The translations under genes were made by a program, and so were the position numbers. Source: Mobula hypostoma (taxonomy: Eukaryota). Taken from it: a DNA stretch of 64,000 bases. A model generated the notes under the pieces. That model was not told where the DNA came from. It saw nothing but the letters and a program-made list of their open reading frames with translations, and searched no databases. The first letter of the stretch is position 1, and each line of letters begins with the position of its first letter. Positions 38,822 to 50,260 of this stretch are shown in pieces. The stretch spans positions 95,668,001 through 95,732,000 of the forward strand of contig NC_086107.1 in the NCBI RefSeq assembly GCF_963921235.1, in the 5' to 3' direction.

Positions 38822-40135
38822 GCAACACTCACAACACGCTGGAGGAACTCAGCAGGTCGGGCAGCATCTGTGGAAAAGATCAGTCGACGTTTTGGGCCGG
38901 AATCCTTCGTCAGGACTGTAGAGGGAAGGGGCAGAGGCTCTATAAAGAAGGTGGGGGGAGGGTGGGAAGGAGAAGGCTGGTAGGTTCCAGGTGAAAAACC
39001 AGTAAGGGGGAAGATAAAGGGGTGGGGGAGGGAAAGCAAGGAGGTGATAGGCAGGAAAGGTGAAGAAGGAATAGGGGAAAACACAATGGGTAGTAGAAGG
39101 AGGCGGAACCAAGAGGGAGGTGGTAGGCAGCTGGGGGAGGGGGCAGAGTGACATAGGGATAGGGGAAGGGAGGGGGAGGGAATTACCGGAAGTTGGAGAA
39201 TTCTATGTTCATACCAAGGGGCTGGAGACTACCTAGACGGTATATGAGGTGTTGCTCCTCCAACCTGAGTTTAGCCTCATCATGGCAGTAGAGGAGGCCA
39301 TGTATGGACATATCTGAATGAGAGTGGGAAGCAGAGTTGAAGTGGGTGGCTACTGGGAGATCCTGTCTGTTGTGGCGGATGGAGTGGAGGTGCTCGACAA
39401 AGCGGTCCCCCAATCTGCGTCGGGTTTCACCGATGTAGAGGAGGGCGCACCGGGAGCACCGGATGCAATAGATGACCCCAACAGACTCACAAGTGAAGTG
39501 TTGCCTCACTTGGAAGGACTGTTTGGGACCCTGAATGGTGGCAAGAGAGGAGGTGTAGGGACAGGTGTAGCACTTGCGCTTACAGGGATAAGTGCCAGGT
39601 GGAAGGTCCGTAGGGAGGGACATGTGGACCAGGGAGTCGCGGAGGGACTGATCCCTGCGGAAGGCGGAGAGGGGTGGAGAGGGAAAAATGTGCTTAGTGG
39701 TGGGGTCCTGTTGAAGGTGGCGGAAGTTGCGAGGATAATGTGTTGGATCCAGAGGCTAGTGGGGTGGTAGGTGAGGACAAGGGGAACTCTGTCCCTGTTG
39801 TGGTGGCGGGAGGATGGGGTGAGAGCCGAAGTGCGGGAAATGGAGGAGATGCGGGTGAGGGCATCATTGATGACAGCAGAAGGGAAACCACGATCCTTAA
39901 AGAAAGAGGACATTTGAGATGTCCTGGAACAGAAAACCTCATCCTCAGAGCAGATGCGGCGGAGACGGAGGAACTGGGAATAGGGAATGGCATTTTTGCA
40001 TGTGGTAAGGTGGGAAGAGGTATAGTTGAGGTTGTTATGAGAGTCAGTGCGCTTGTAGAAGATGTCAATGGACAGTCTGTCTCCAGAGATGGAGACCGAG
40101 AGATTGAGAAAGGGGAGAGAAGTGTCCAAGATAGA
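38822..40135 (-). mobile_element. Penelope-like retroelement 3' part (RT thumb, GIY-YIG endonuclease, terminal repeat)
   Basis: ORF 39183-39623 GVIYCIRCSRCALLYIGETRRRLGDRFVEH; ORF 39506-40201 LPFLNLSVSISGDRL...KNAIPYSQFLRLRRICS; a frameshift separates them. Confidence 0.92.
38881..38918 (-). ncRNA. Minimal type I hammerhead ribozyme of the Penelope element, G12 mutated
   Basis: Minus strand CAGUC-CUGACGA-A-GGAUUCCGGCCC-AAAA-CGUC-GACUG; stem I CAGUC/GACUG; palindromic ACGU stem III. Confidence 0.75.
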
Positions 40136-40999
40136 CTGGTTATTGTTCCTTAACTGCTCACCCACTGCAAGGGTGGTCGCCTGGCCAGGCTCATCACCCA
40201 ACCCCTCTCCCCTCGTTGGACTATCTACATATTAATTTAAGAAATGCCAACAAATTCTCCGCCACCTAAAGTACAAAGCTGAAAGTTCAAAGTTCATTTA
40301 TTATCAAAGTATCTACACTTTATAGAACCTTGAACTTTGTCTCCTAACAGGCAGCCACAAAACCAAGAAACCCAATAGAACCCATTAAAACAAAGGAAGA
40401 CTGTCTAACACCCAACGTGCAGAGAGAAACGGAACAAATCGTGCAAAGTAAGCAAATAGCATTCAGAACTGAAGTTCACGAACGTGAGTTAGCTGCAGGC
40501 CACAGTCCCCAGTTTGTGCAGAGACAAGTAACAGTCACATAGCAGCAAGCTAAAGTTCAGTGCAGAGATAAGTAAACCTCGCTGAGGAGCAGGCTGAACA
40601 CCCGGATGCTCACCTCCGGCCCCGGCACCCTCACCTCTTCAATCTGGCCTGGTGTATAAATTGTCCAAACCTCAAGTCATTTTTCGCTCTTGGACCTGGG
40701 CTTCTCCTCACCTCCGCACTGCCACATAGAATTGCCTCCAAGTCTGCTCCAGCAATGGCCAAACACTGGCTCATTCCTTGCTCTCTGGGGCCGATCCCGC
40801 CTCAAATCGGCCTGAACGTGCTTCACCGCAAATGTTCTGCACCTTCGAGACTTCAGTTCCCACCACAAAGATGCCAGGACATACAGGTGGTTCCAGACCT
40901 CGACTCTGACAGGCAGTGATCATTTACTAGGAAAGTGTGATTAGTAAAGTATTTAGTTGCTTCTTTTGTTTTATTTGCCACCAGCAAGTAGTCTCTGAG

Positions 41000-43680
41000 C
41001 TTCACCAGCACCAGATCCAATTGCATTAAGAAGGTCCCAGTTTATATTAGGGAAGTTGAAGCCCCAAAGACAACAATCTATTGTTTTTTACATATTTCCT
41101 TAATCTGCCTGCATATTTGTTCCTTAATGTGTCTATTGGTGGGGGGGGGGTCTGTAGTTCAATCATATCAGAGGGATTTTTGAATTCTATGCATAAACCT
41201 TCCATTGTGTCCTCTCTGAGTGCAGCTGTCCCTGATTATTAGTGCAACTCACTCATCTCTTTCAGTTCCATCTCTATCTTTTTTTAAAACATAAAATCTC
41301 TGGGATACTTAACACTCATTCCTGTCCTTCTCTCAACCACATCTCTGTAATGACCACATCATCGTACATCCATGAGGTGATCCATGTTCTAAGTTCATCA
41401 CCTTTACCCATAATATTCCGAGTATACACAGTTCAAACTATCTGTCCCATTCAATCTATTACTTTGCTCCTCTCTGTTTTAACTGGCCCTGACATCTACC
41501 TTCCTCGCTATTCATGACCTGGTGCTCTGGTTCCCAATCCCCTGCCAAACTGGTTTAAACCCTCCTGAGTGGCACTCGCAAATCCCCCAGCCAGGATATT
41601 GGTTCCCCTCCATTTTGGTGCCACCTGTCTCTCCTGCCCCCAAAAAGGTTCCAATTATCTAAGAACCTTACATCAGTTCCTCAGCCACTCATTCATCTGT
41701 ACTATCATCCTATTCCTGCCCTGACTAGCACGTGGCATTGAGAGTAATCCAGAGATTACTACCTTGGTGGTTCTGCTTTTCTGTCCCCTCCCCAAGTTGC
41801 TACACTCAGGGTGGAGGACTTCTTCCCCCTTTCTAACTATGTCATTGGTGCCAATGTACTCCACGACCTCTAGCTGCTCACCATCCCTTTTGAGAATATT
41901 CCGCAGCCGCTCTGAGACATACATCAACCTTGTATCTCTTTTATGGAAACAGAGCCTCCTGTTTGTCCACCTAACTATAAAGCCTCCCATCACTACTGTC
42001 CTACCTGGCTTTACCCTTCCCTGCTGATTCTCAGAGCCACTGACCTGGCATGCCATTGCTGTGCCCTGAAAAGTCATTCCTCTCCTCACCCTACCCCAGC
42101 AACATCCAAAGTGGTATACTTGTTGCTGAGGGGAATGTCCACCAGGGAATCCTGCCTGCTCACTCTACCTTTCCTGATGGTCACCCAACTCTCTGCTGCC
42201 TGCACTTTAGATCAGCGGTCCCCAACCACCGGGCTGCAGACCGGTACCGGACCGCAGAGCATGTGCTACCGGGCCACGAGGAAACGATATGATTTGGCGA
42301 TATGACTCAACTGCACCTTTCCTCATTCCCTGTCACGCCCACTATTGAGCTTGAGCACATGCGAGGTCATGACCCCCGTGTCATCCATGTCAGCGCGGGA
42401 GGGAGATCAACTCCTCCAGCTTGCAAATGATGGCGGGCTGAAAAGTATGTTTGACATAACATCTCTGCTGGCATTCTGGATCAAAGTCAAGGCTAAATAT
42501 CCTGAGATAGCCACGAAAGCACTGGAAACGTTGCTTCCATTTCCAACATATCCCTGCAATGAATGCAATGAAAACTAAATTGCGGAATAGACTGGACATA
42601 AGGAACCCCCTTCGAGTATCGCTGTCTCCCATCACCCCTCGATAGCACCGTCTTGTTGCAGGAAAACAAGCCCAGGGCTCCCACTGATTCAACGATATTA
42701 GTGTGTTGCAATGATTTTATATGTTCATACGGGGAAAATATGTGCTGTGTGTTTAATATCCAAACATTAATTAAAATGTTATGATGCTATTGACTTACTT
42801 ATAAAACCATATAACAATTACAGCACGGAAACAGGCCATCTCAGCCCTTCTAGTCCGTGCTCAATGCTACTCTCACCTAGTCCCACTGACCTGCACTCAG
42901 CCCGTAACCCTCCATTCCTTTCCTGTCCATATACCTATCCAATTTTTCTTTGTGATAATATCGAACCTGCCTCTACCACTTCTACTGGAAGTTTGTTCAA
43001 CACTTACTTTAAGCTCCCCTGTCCTCCCCTGATAATTGACTTATCACTATATTCATGCGAGGAAAATATGCGTTGTGTGTTTAATATTAAATTTGTTAGA
43101 TAAACCCTTTTAGAAAGGAAATTGAGTGTATTAGCCACTTATCACCTATATTCCGGTCATGATTCACATCCGCCCCCCCCCCCCCCGGCAACAGAATCAC
43201 CAAAAATGATTTGTAGAGCAAAATCGGCACGTACACGCATGCGCACACAGGTGCCCGCGCGAGGCTTCATGGTCATTGTAGTCAACGTATTTGTGTTACT
43301 CTTGGTAACCCTACTCCCCACTCCCCCCCACTGGGTCGCCCAGTCCGCAGTGCGTAAAAGGTTAGAGACCCCTGCTTTAGATAGATGACCATCTCACTCA
43401 GCATCCCGGACAATCCCAAGTACATCCAACCCCGGCTCCATTTCCTCAAGGAGGTCAGTAGGGTGATGCAGCGGGGCACACTTCCTACAGCTGAAGCCAT
43501 CAGGGATGCTGACATTCTCCTTGATCTCCCACGTCCTGCAGGAGGCGCATTCCGCTACCCTGACTGCATCCCAGCTACTCAAATGGGAAGAGGAGTCCTG
43601 AGGAAGACCTTACTGCTCTTGCCCATTCCACTGCTCAGCCCCTTCTCGCTGAAGGTTCTTGAACCAAAGCCTCAGCGATA
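41000..43680 (-). mobile_element. CR1 LINE 5' region (ORF1 zinc finger and esterase-like domain, start of the endonuclease), interrupted by a hAT element
   Basis: ECASCRTWE...FSCRKC (43394-43582); YIGTNDI...VVISGLL...NEWLRN (41673-42089). Confidence 0.8.
42213..43374 (+). mobile_element. Second copy of the non-autonomous hAT family
   Basis: TIRs CAGCGGTCCCCAACC / GGTTAGAGACCCCTG; TSD CTTTAGAT (42205-42212, 43375-43382); same transposase remnant as 5386-7540. Confidence 0.92.
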
Positions 43681-43739
43681 TAATCAGAGTTTGCTTTTGT
43701 ATTAAGTGGCATTCCAGACTCATTTGTAAGTTCATCAAC

Positions 43740-44560
43740 ACCTCGCATTCCTCCTGGGTAGGCTACAACTCGTCTGCATTTAGTGCTCTCATTGTGGTCT
43801 CTTCTGCACTGGTGAGGATAAGCATAGGCTAGGTGAATGTTTTGTTGAACACCTCAATGGCCACCCCCTGAGCTCCCAGTTACATATTGTTTCCATTCCC
43901 ATATCAACCCGTCCATCCTCAGCCTTCTCCACTGCTGGAGGGGGAGGCCCAATTCAATACCTCCAAAAGAGCAACAAAGAAAGGGCTGGAGGAACTCATG
44001 GGTAAAGCAGCCTCTGAGGAGGTAAAGGGATAGTTGAAATTTTGCATTGAGATCCAAGTCATATGAAGGGATAAGTTCATTATGAAACAGCAGGCATAAA
44101 CAAGGTGTCTACTAGCCTCTGTGCTCTGTGTGGATGTCAGGTTAGAGATAGAAGCCAGTAATGTGGGGGTTAGCTGTTCTCAAGTTGGAGGGGATTGAGG
44201 TCTAGAAGATCCAGGTGGTCCGCAGTGTCCAGGAGATGGTAGCCTGGTGTTTGTCGGTGGGGTTGTGGTCCAAGGGAAGAGATGGGGAGGTGTCTGAGAG
44301 CCACCATTTAACCTCTGCAAAGTGGGGCATCCTGCCTGATCGCAATGGCACCACCCTTCTCCACAGGTTTGATGGCGAGGACGTACTAGTGCGGAGTGGA
44401 CCAGTCTGAGGTAGTGGGGGGGGGCGGGGAGGGGGAGGGGGAGGCAGTGTGATTGGAGTTGGCGCCAGGAACAGTTCAGGATCTCGAACTGAAACAGCAA
44501 CCACGCCTCTGCCTCCACAGATGCTTCCTGGCCTGCTGAATCCTTCCGGCAGTTTGCTGT
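43740..44560. mobile_element. Old Penelope-like fragments in both orientations
   Basis: Plus strand HCGLFCTGEDKHRLGECFVEHL (GIY-YIG relic); minus strand LSDTSPSLPLDHNPTDKHQATIS (RT N-terminal relic). Confidence 0.6.
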
Positions 44561-45085
44561 TTGGTGAAGCTTCACACATAGGCAGCTGCAGAGGAGAAAG
44601 ACAGTTCCCTACACCCATAGAACATAGGACATTACAGAAGAGGCACAGGCCCTTTGGCCCACCATACCTGTGCCAGCCACGATGCCAATCTAAACTCATA
44701 GGTTCATACAGGATGCAAACAGGCCCTTTGGCCCAACTAGTCCATACTGACCAAAGCTGCTCCCATTTGTCTATATCCCAGGAAACTAACTGATCCCATC
44801 TGCCTGCATGAGAACAGTCTCCTTCTGACCAATCCACAGCGTTGGGTACTGATTGACCAAATACACGTATGCACAGGCACAGTGAAAACTTGCAACAGCA
44901 TCACAGGCACGTAGCACTAAGCAAGCTTCACAAGAAAAACATGACTTAAACAGATACACAATTTTTACAAGAAAGGAGACAAGGAGAACAAATCAAGGTC
45001 CATTTTACTGCAATGTGTTCAAACTGCTAACAATGTCACTGTCTTGTAGTGATCAGGTTCTGCTGTTTGCTTCAAGAACCGGATG

Positions 45086-45767
45086 TGTCACATACCCTGT
45101 GACGGGTTAAAGAACCAGCTGAAAACCAAGCTTCTTCGAGTCTAGGGGTAAATAGATAGTGTTATTATGATGAGTAAAGTTCAGTTCAGTTCGTGGCATT
45201 GAGTTGAGTAGTGATGGAGAGAGAGATAGAGGGAGAGATTTGAGTCTTCAGGTGAGCTGACGCCGTCGATGTTCCCGTTGTCCTCCAAAATCCTTTAGAA
45301 GTCACCGACTGTGACCACCACAAAGGGGACCATTCTTCTGTGGTGGAATTATCAACCCAGGCGAGGGTTGCAGACATGAATAACTCCCCTCTGGTCACAC
45401 CCTTTTCACAATGCGAGAGCCACTGATTGATCCACCTGATCAATCCTCCAAAACCCACCTTTTCTGTGGGCACAACAAAGCTCATTCAGTGTCCAAAATC
45501 ATGTGTCTCCAGGTCTAACAGCTGACCTTTATTTATCTCACTGAACTGAATACCAACTGTCCATTAAGCAGCCCCTCCCTTCTCTCTCTGTAAGGACTGG
45601 AAAGCTGCTAGCGTCCTTGCAAAAGTGTAAACAAACTGTGAGCAGTCTTCGCCTCTCTCTCTCTTTCTCTCTCTCTCTTTTTAACAAGGTGTCTGTATTG
45701 GACACCTCTCTCTCTCTCTCTCTTTTCAAAAGCACAATTCGTAAAGGTAATTCAGGACCCCGTCACA
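45086..45767 (-). mobile_element. Solo LTR related to 3348-4202
   Basis: TGTCAC...GTCACA termini; near-TSD GATG/AATG; shared blocks GTCTAGGGGTAAAT and GTCACCGACTGTGACC. Confidence 0.75.
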
Positions 45768-48700
45768 AATGTTTGAAGAAAAATAGCTGTTCTTGAACCC
45801 GGTGGTGTTGGACTTCAGGATTCTGTACCCCCCCCCACCCCCGTCCAAGACGCCATGGCCCAAATGGAGGGAATATTTGATGATAAATGTTACTTTCTTG
45901 GAAAAACAGTCAGGGCATTGAACATAGGTGCTGGGATATTACGTTGCTGTTCGTGAGGCTGCACTTGGAAATTTGTACAGATTTGGTCACCCTGTTAGAG
46001 GAAAGACCTGGTGAAAATGGAAAGAATGCAGAAGAGATTTACAAGGGCCAGAGGACTGGAGTTTACAGGGAGAGGTCGGCCTAGCGAGGTCTTCGCTCCT
46101 TGGGATATAGGGGCAACCTTATAGAAATATCTAAAATTATGATTGTCATACATAAGGTGGACTATAAAAATCTTTTCCCCAGGGTAGGGGAGTCCAAAAC
46201 AAAAGGGAAAAGGGTTAGGATGAGCAGGGAAAGATTTAAAAGGAGGAACTTTTGCTTGCTGAAGCTGGTGGGACAAGCGGCTAAGATATGTAGTGTGCAA
46301 TAATATTACTTACCAAGTGCCTGGATAGGTGAAAGGAGGACCAGGGCTTGAAGGGATATGGTTTGAATGGAGGAAAATGGTCTAGCTGGGTTGGCATGAA
46401 CTGGTTGGGCCAAAGGGCCAGAATCGTATCCCGGCTATTTCCTCCTCCCCCCAGCCCACACCAGACAGACAAAACAGGAATAAGAGTTGCCCTGGTTTTC
46501 ACCCATGCACCCCACGTAGACTGTTTTGCAAGTACCGCCAGAGAAAAAAGAATCTCAGGGCTGGATGTGGTGATGTGCCTGTGCTCTGATAATAAATTTT
46601 ACTTTGCACTTTGTGTTTTGAGTTGAGAGAGAGACACCAGAGTTTGCATCTGAGCTCAGTTTGAAAGCCTGCAAATAAAACTTCAGGAAAATTATTAAAT
46701 TCAGGATATTAAAGTGTTAGATCAATCTCTGCCTTAACTGCAGAGTTATAATGTATCTTCTCGTTCACCAAGGGATTAGAGTCAACAAAGCATAGAGCTT
46801 CAGCATGCACAAGGCACGGATTGTCCGGCGTCTCTTCTCCACCAGCAGGTTTACGTGCCATCTTGCCGTCAGCATACAGGCTAACTGACTGTGTGTGGGA
46901 CAGGTTCAGAATGAGAGGCAGCAGCCCTCGGAACAATGGGATAATCACAACCTCTGTGGGTTCCCGGTGAGATTCATTGAAGAGGTGAAGCCGTCAGTCG
47001 GATGGCAGGTTTTTAACTTCTCAGTTTTCACTGATTTGGTGGACTTTAAAAAACTAACCCTTTCCGTTCTGATGACAGGAGAAGTTACCAACCTGCAGAA
47101 AATTGTAACCCCCGTCAGCTCCATCGTGGGCTCTAGCCTCCCAGCATCCAGGTCACCTTCGTAGTGTAATATCTCAAAAAAGGACCCCCTTCACCCAGGA
47201 CCCGCCCTCTTCCCATTACTGTACTACTATCAGGGGGGAGCCTGAAGGCACACACGCAGCAATTCAGCAACAGTTTCTGTTTACTCTTTTTGCCTACTTA
47301 TTAAGTTTAACTTATATATATACTTACTGTAATTCAGTTTTTTTTTCCTATCATGTATTGCAACGTACTGTTGCTGCATAACAACAAATCTCATGGCATT
47401 TGCCAGTGATGTTAAACCTGATTCATTTCTGATTCTGATGTCTTGATTGTGCCGCAGGAGTTGCTCAGAGTCAAATCTCAGCTGCGGCAGAAGTCTCTGA
47501 AGTCTGGAGGTTTGAACGCTGCAAGGAAGCGACGTTTAGGGTTGGCAAAGGTTAACGGCCAGGCAGAGGAGGAGGAATGCGCTGGTCGCTGGGTTGCCAT
47601 CATGGGGCATGGGTCAGCAAAGTTAGAGAGCGAGTGGCTGACTGACTCCTTCAGGCTCACATCCCAGATTGAAAGATCACAACTGATTTGATGGTATCTG
47701 CATTTCTGAATTCCAGTCTACTTGCAGTAACCTTTCAGCCCCTTGCTTATTAGAACATAGAACATAGAATAGTACAGCACATTACAGGCCCTTTGGCCCA
47801 CAATGTTGTGCCGACCCTCAAACCCTGCCTCCCATATAACCCCCCATCTTAAATTCCTCCATATACCTGTCTAGTAGTCTCTTAAGCTTCACCAGTGCAT
47901 CTGCCTCCACCACTGACTCAGGCAGTGCCCTCAGTCTTCAAAATATTCTTCTTCTGAGGAAGAAATTTCTCACGAGTCTCTGAGAGAAAACATTTCTTCG
48001 TGAACGGACAGTCCCTAATGTTTAAGCAGTGAAATCTACAAGGCTCCCCCAGAAGAGGACACATCATCGCCACAATCACCCTGTCAAGACCCTCTCAGAA
48101 ATTTATACTTCAATCAATTCCCCTCTCATGCGCTAAACTCCAGTAGTTACAATCCAGTCTGTCCAAACATTCCTTCTGAACCAGCAGAGGTATTACACTA
48201 GGAACTTTGCTCTGAGCAGTTAACATTCTCCCTGAAATAAGAAGATGAATCATGCACACAGGTCTCTAGATGTGCCCTCACTTCTGCCATACATAACTGA
48301 GGCGTAACCTCCCAACTTTTCTACTTAATTCCCCTCCCGATAATCTGCCCTGATTACTTGCTCTGTCTGCTGACTAGCCTTGTGCAAGCTACCATGTTGA
48401 ACTACCAGATAACAAACAGCAGGAGCCCAGACTCTGAGAATGGACAGTGATGAAATCTTAGTGGTCTTCGCTTTGCCCGACTGCCAGGCAAATGAATTTG
48501 GACACGTAGGAAGTATTACGTTTCTGAAAAGCTGCACATTTTTTCCTGGTTTCACATCAGTCAGTCTTACCCACTATCCATCAAGGTTGGCAAAATTGGA
48601 AATCGTACACTGGGTAATAACCAAACTACTCATTTCTGCAGGAACCATATTCTAGTCCCAGTTTCAGTCTTCAACTCTGCTAACATTAGTAATCTTTAGG

Positions 48701-49061
48701 TAAATCCTCACCAGCTCCTTCTCATTCTGGCACATAGAGTAATGCTTTGAGATTCAGAACTTAGAACATGGAAGATTATAACACTGGTTAGGCCATTCGG
48801 CCCATGACGTTGTGTCCTCCTCCTGTGATTGATCCATATTCCTCCAATCTCTTCATATTCATGTGTCCAACACTCTCTGATACATTTGTTATTTACTTAA
48901 CCTCTCTGTTCAGATGAATATTCTGCATAAATTGCCTCGGAATATGAATTTAGCACAATATAATTTACAAATTAGCATTTAAATTCATTCTGTTTTTCTG
49001 TCTGCTCAGAATAAGTGAATCCACAAACTAAGTATTTAACCAAGGTAATATTAGGTTTACA

Positions 49062-49235
49062 GGGGTGTAGGGTGCTCTGGATAGAGGCAGTATCTTGGAT
49101 GTCTGGTAGCTGCACTCTACTGTCATGGGGTGGACGGGCATCTCTGACCCTCATCCATCTCCTAAATCGCTCACGTCTGCCACCTAGTGGCACACCCTGG
49201 TACACCACTTCAGCTGGCAGGTGAAACAATGTGAG
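49062..49235 (+). ncRNA. HDV-like ribozyme (predicted, probably inactivated)
   Basis: P1 GGGGTGT 49062-49068 / ACACCCT 49192-49198 (G.U at the cleavage site); P3 GCC 49179-49181 / GGC 49189-49191; 7-nt L3 ACCTAGT; GG 49199-49200; P2 CTCACG 49170-49175 / TGTGAG 49230-49235; J4/2 reads TGAA rather than CGAA. Confidence 0.65.
49177..49192 (-). promoter_or_regulatory. Candidate CTCF site
   Basis: TGCCACTAGGTGGCAG matches the CTCF core CCASYAGRKGGCRS; binding is not shown. Confidence 0.5.
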
Positions 49236-49764
49236 GGGGTGTTGTTAACATGCACCACTGGGCAAGGGGCCTTGTCAACGAAGTCAACGGCAGGACGGAT
49301 GAGTTCCCTGAAGAACGACAATTGCTATGTGTTCGAGACCAGGGCGAGCCATCGAGTTGGAGGACATCGGCTGTGGTCTGGTCTGGAGAGGGATAGGCGC
49401 CGCCAGGCCTCACTAGCCCAAGGCACGCGAAAGTACCCCTACGACCCCTAGGCAGGTTGTGGGATTCGAATCGAACCAATGTTTACAGATTATTCTAAAG
49501 GAAATGATTGGCTCACTTTAAATCTAGTGGCTCAACTTTCCTTGGAAAGAGGTCGCAAGAGTAAAAGTTAGTTTCTAGGGACATCTGAGGAAGAGAGTGG
49601 GTGATCCTGAGCTGGAGACATGGGTAGACTAGTGGTGGGATTAGATTTGGGGATGATCAAAAACTACAGATAATTTAGGAACTGGCTGACACTACAGAGG
49701 ATGAAGAGATAAATATCTGCCTGGCTTAATGGAAACTACTCCTGTTCTGTGTGGAGGGATAGAG

Positions 49765-50260
49765 TATAAAAAGAGGAAGGAGAGAAGATAGCAAGACAAG
49801 AGGTTGGGTGTTAGGGGGAGTGAGTGAGAGGAGGAAGAAAGGAGAAAGCAAAAAGTGGGGATAAATGTGAATGAGACAGTGATGAAGAGAGCAAGTGAGA
49901 AGGACTAGGGATAGGAGGGTAGGAGGGAGTGAGTAAGGGAAGGACTAATGGTAGGAGGGAGGAAGTGAAAGAAGGGCTAAGTATAGGGGAAGGAGGGAGG
50001 GAGAGAAGGTTTAAGGGTAGGAGGGAGAGAAGACAGGAGTGAGGGATGAGAGAAGGACCTAGAGTAGGAGAGTAGAAGGGAGGGAGTGAGAGAAGGGCAG
50101 GAGGGAAAGAGGGAAGGAATGAGAGAAGGACTAAGAGTAGGAGGGAAGGAGTGAAGGAAGACAGGAGGGAGGGAGTGAGAAAAGGGCTAAGAGTAGGGTG
50201 GAGGTAGTAAATGTAGGACTAAGGAGGGAATGAGGAAAATCAAGGATGAAGAGAAATAGG
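49765..50260. repeat. Purine-rich low-complexity tract
   Basis: Degenerate GAGAAGGACTAAGAGTAGGAGGGA-like units, mostly G/A on the plus strand. Confidence 0.85.

Larger units (their letters stand above)
49062..49480 (+). mobile_element. Short non-autonomous retroposon with an HDV-like ribozyme head
   Basis: TSD GTTTACA (49055-49061, 49481-49487); the 5' part is similar to 10605-10802. Confidence 0.75.

Noticed and set aside
47458..47550. Possible plus-strand exon (acceptor GCCGCAG; ELLRVKSQLRQK...)
   Set aside because: Weak donor and no recognisable protein; cannot be supported without transcripts.
49125..49187. MGWTGISDPHP resembling the LRRC56 N-terminal motif
   Set aside because: Flanked by in-frame stops and inside the J1/2 region of a TSD-bounded retroposon; chance similarity.
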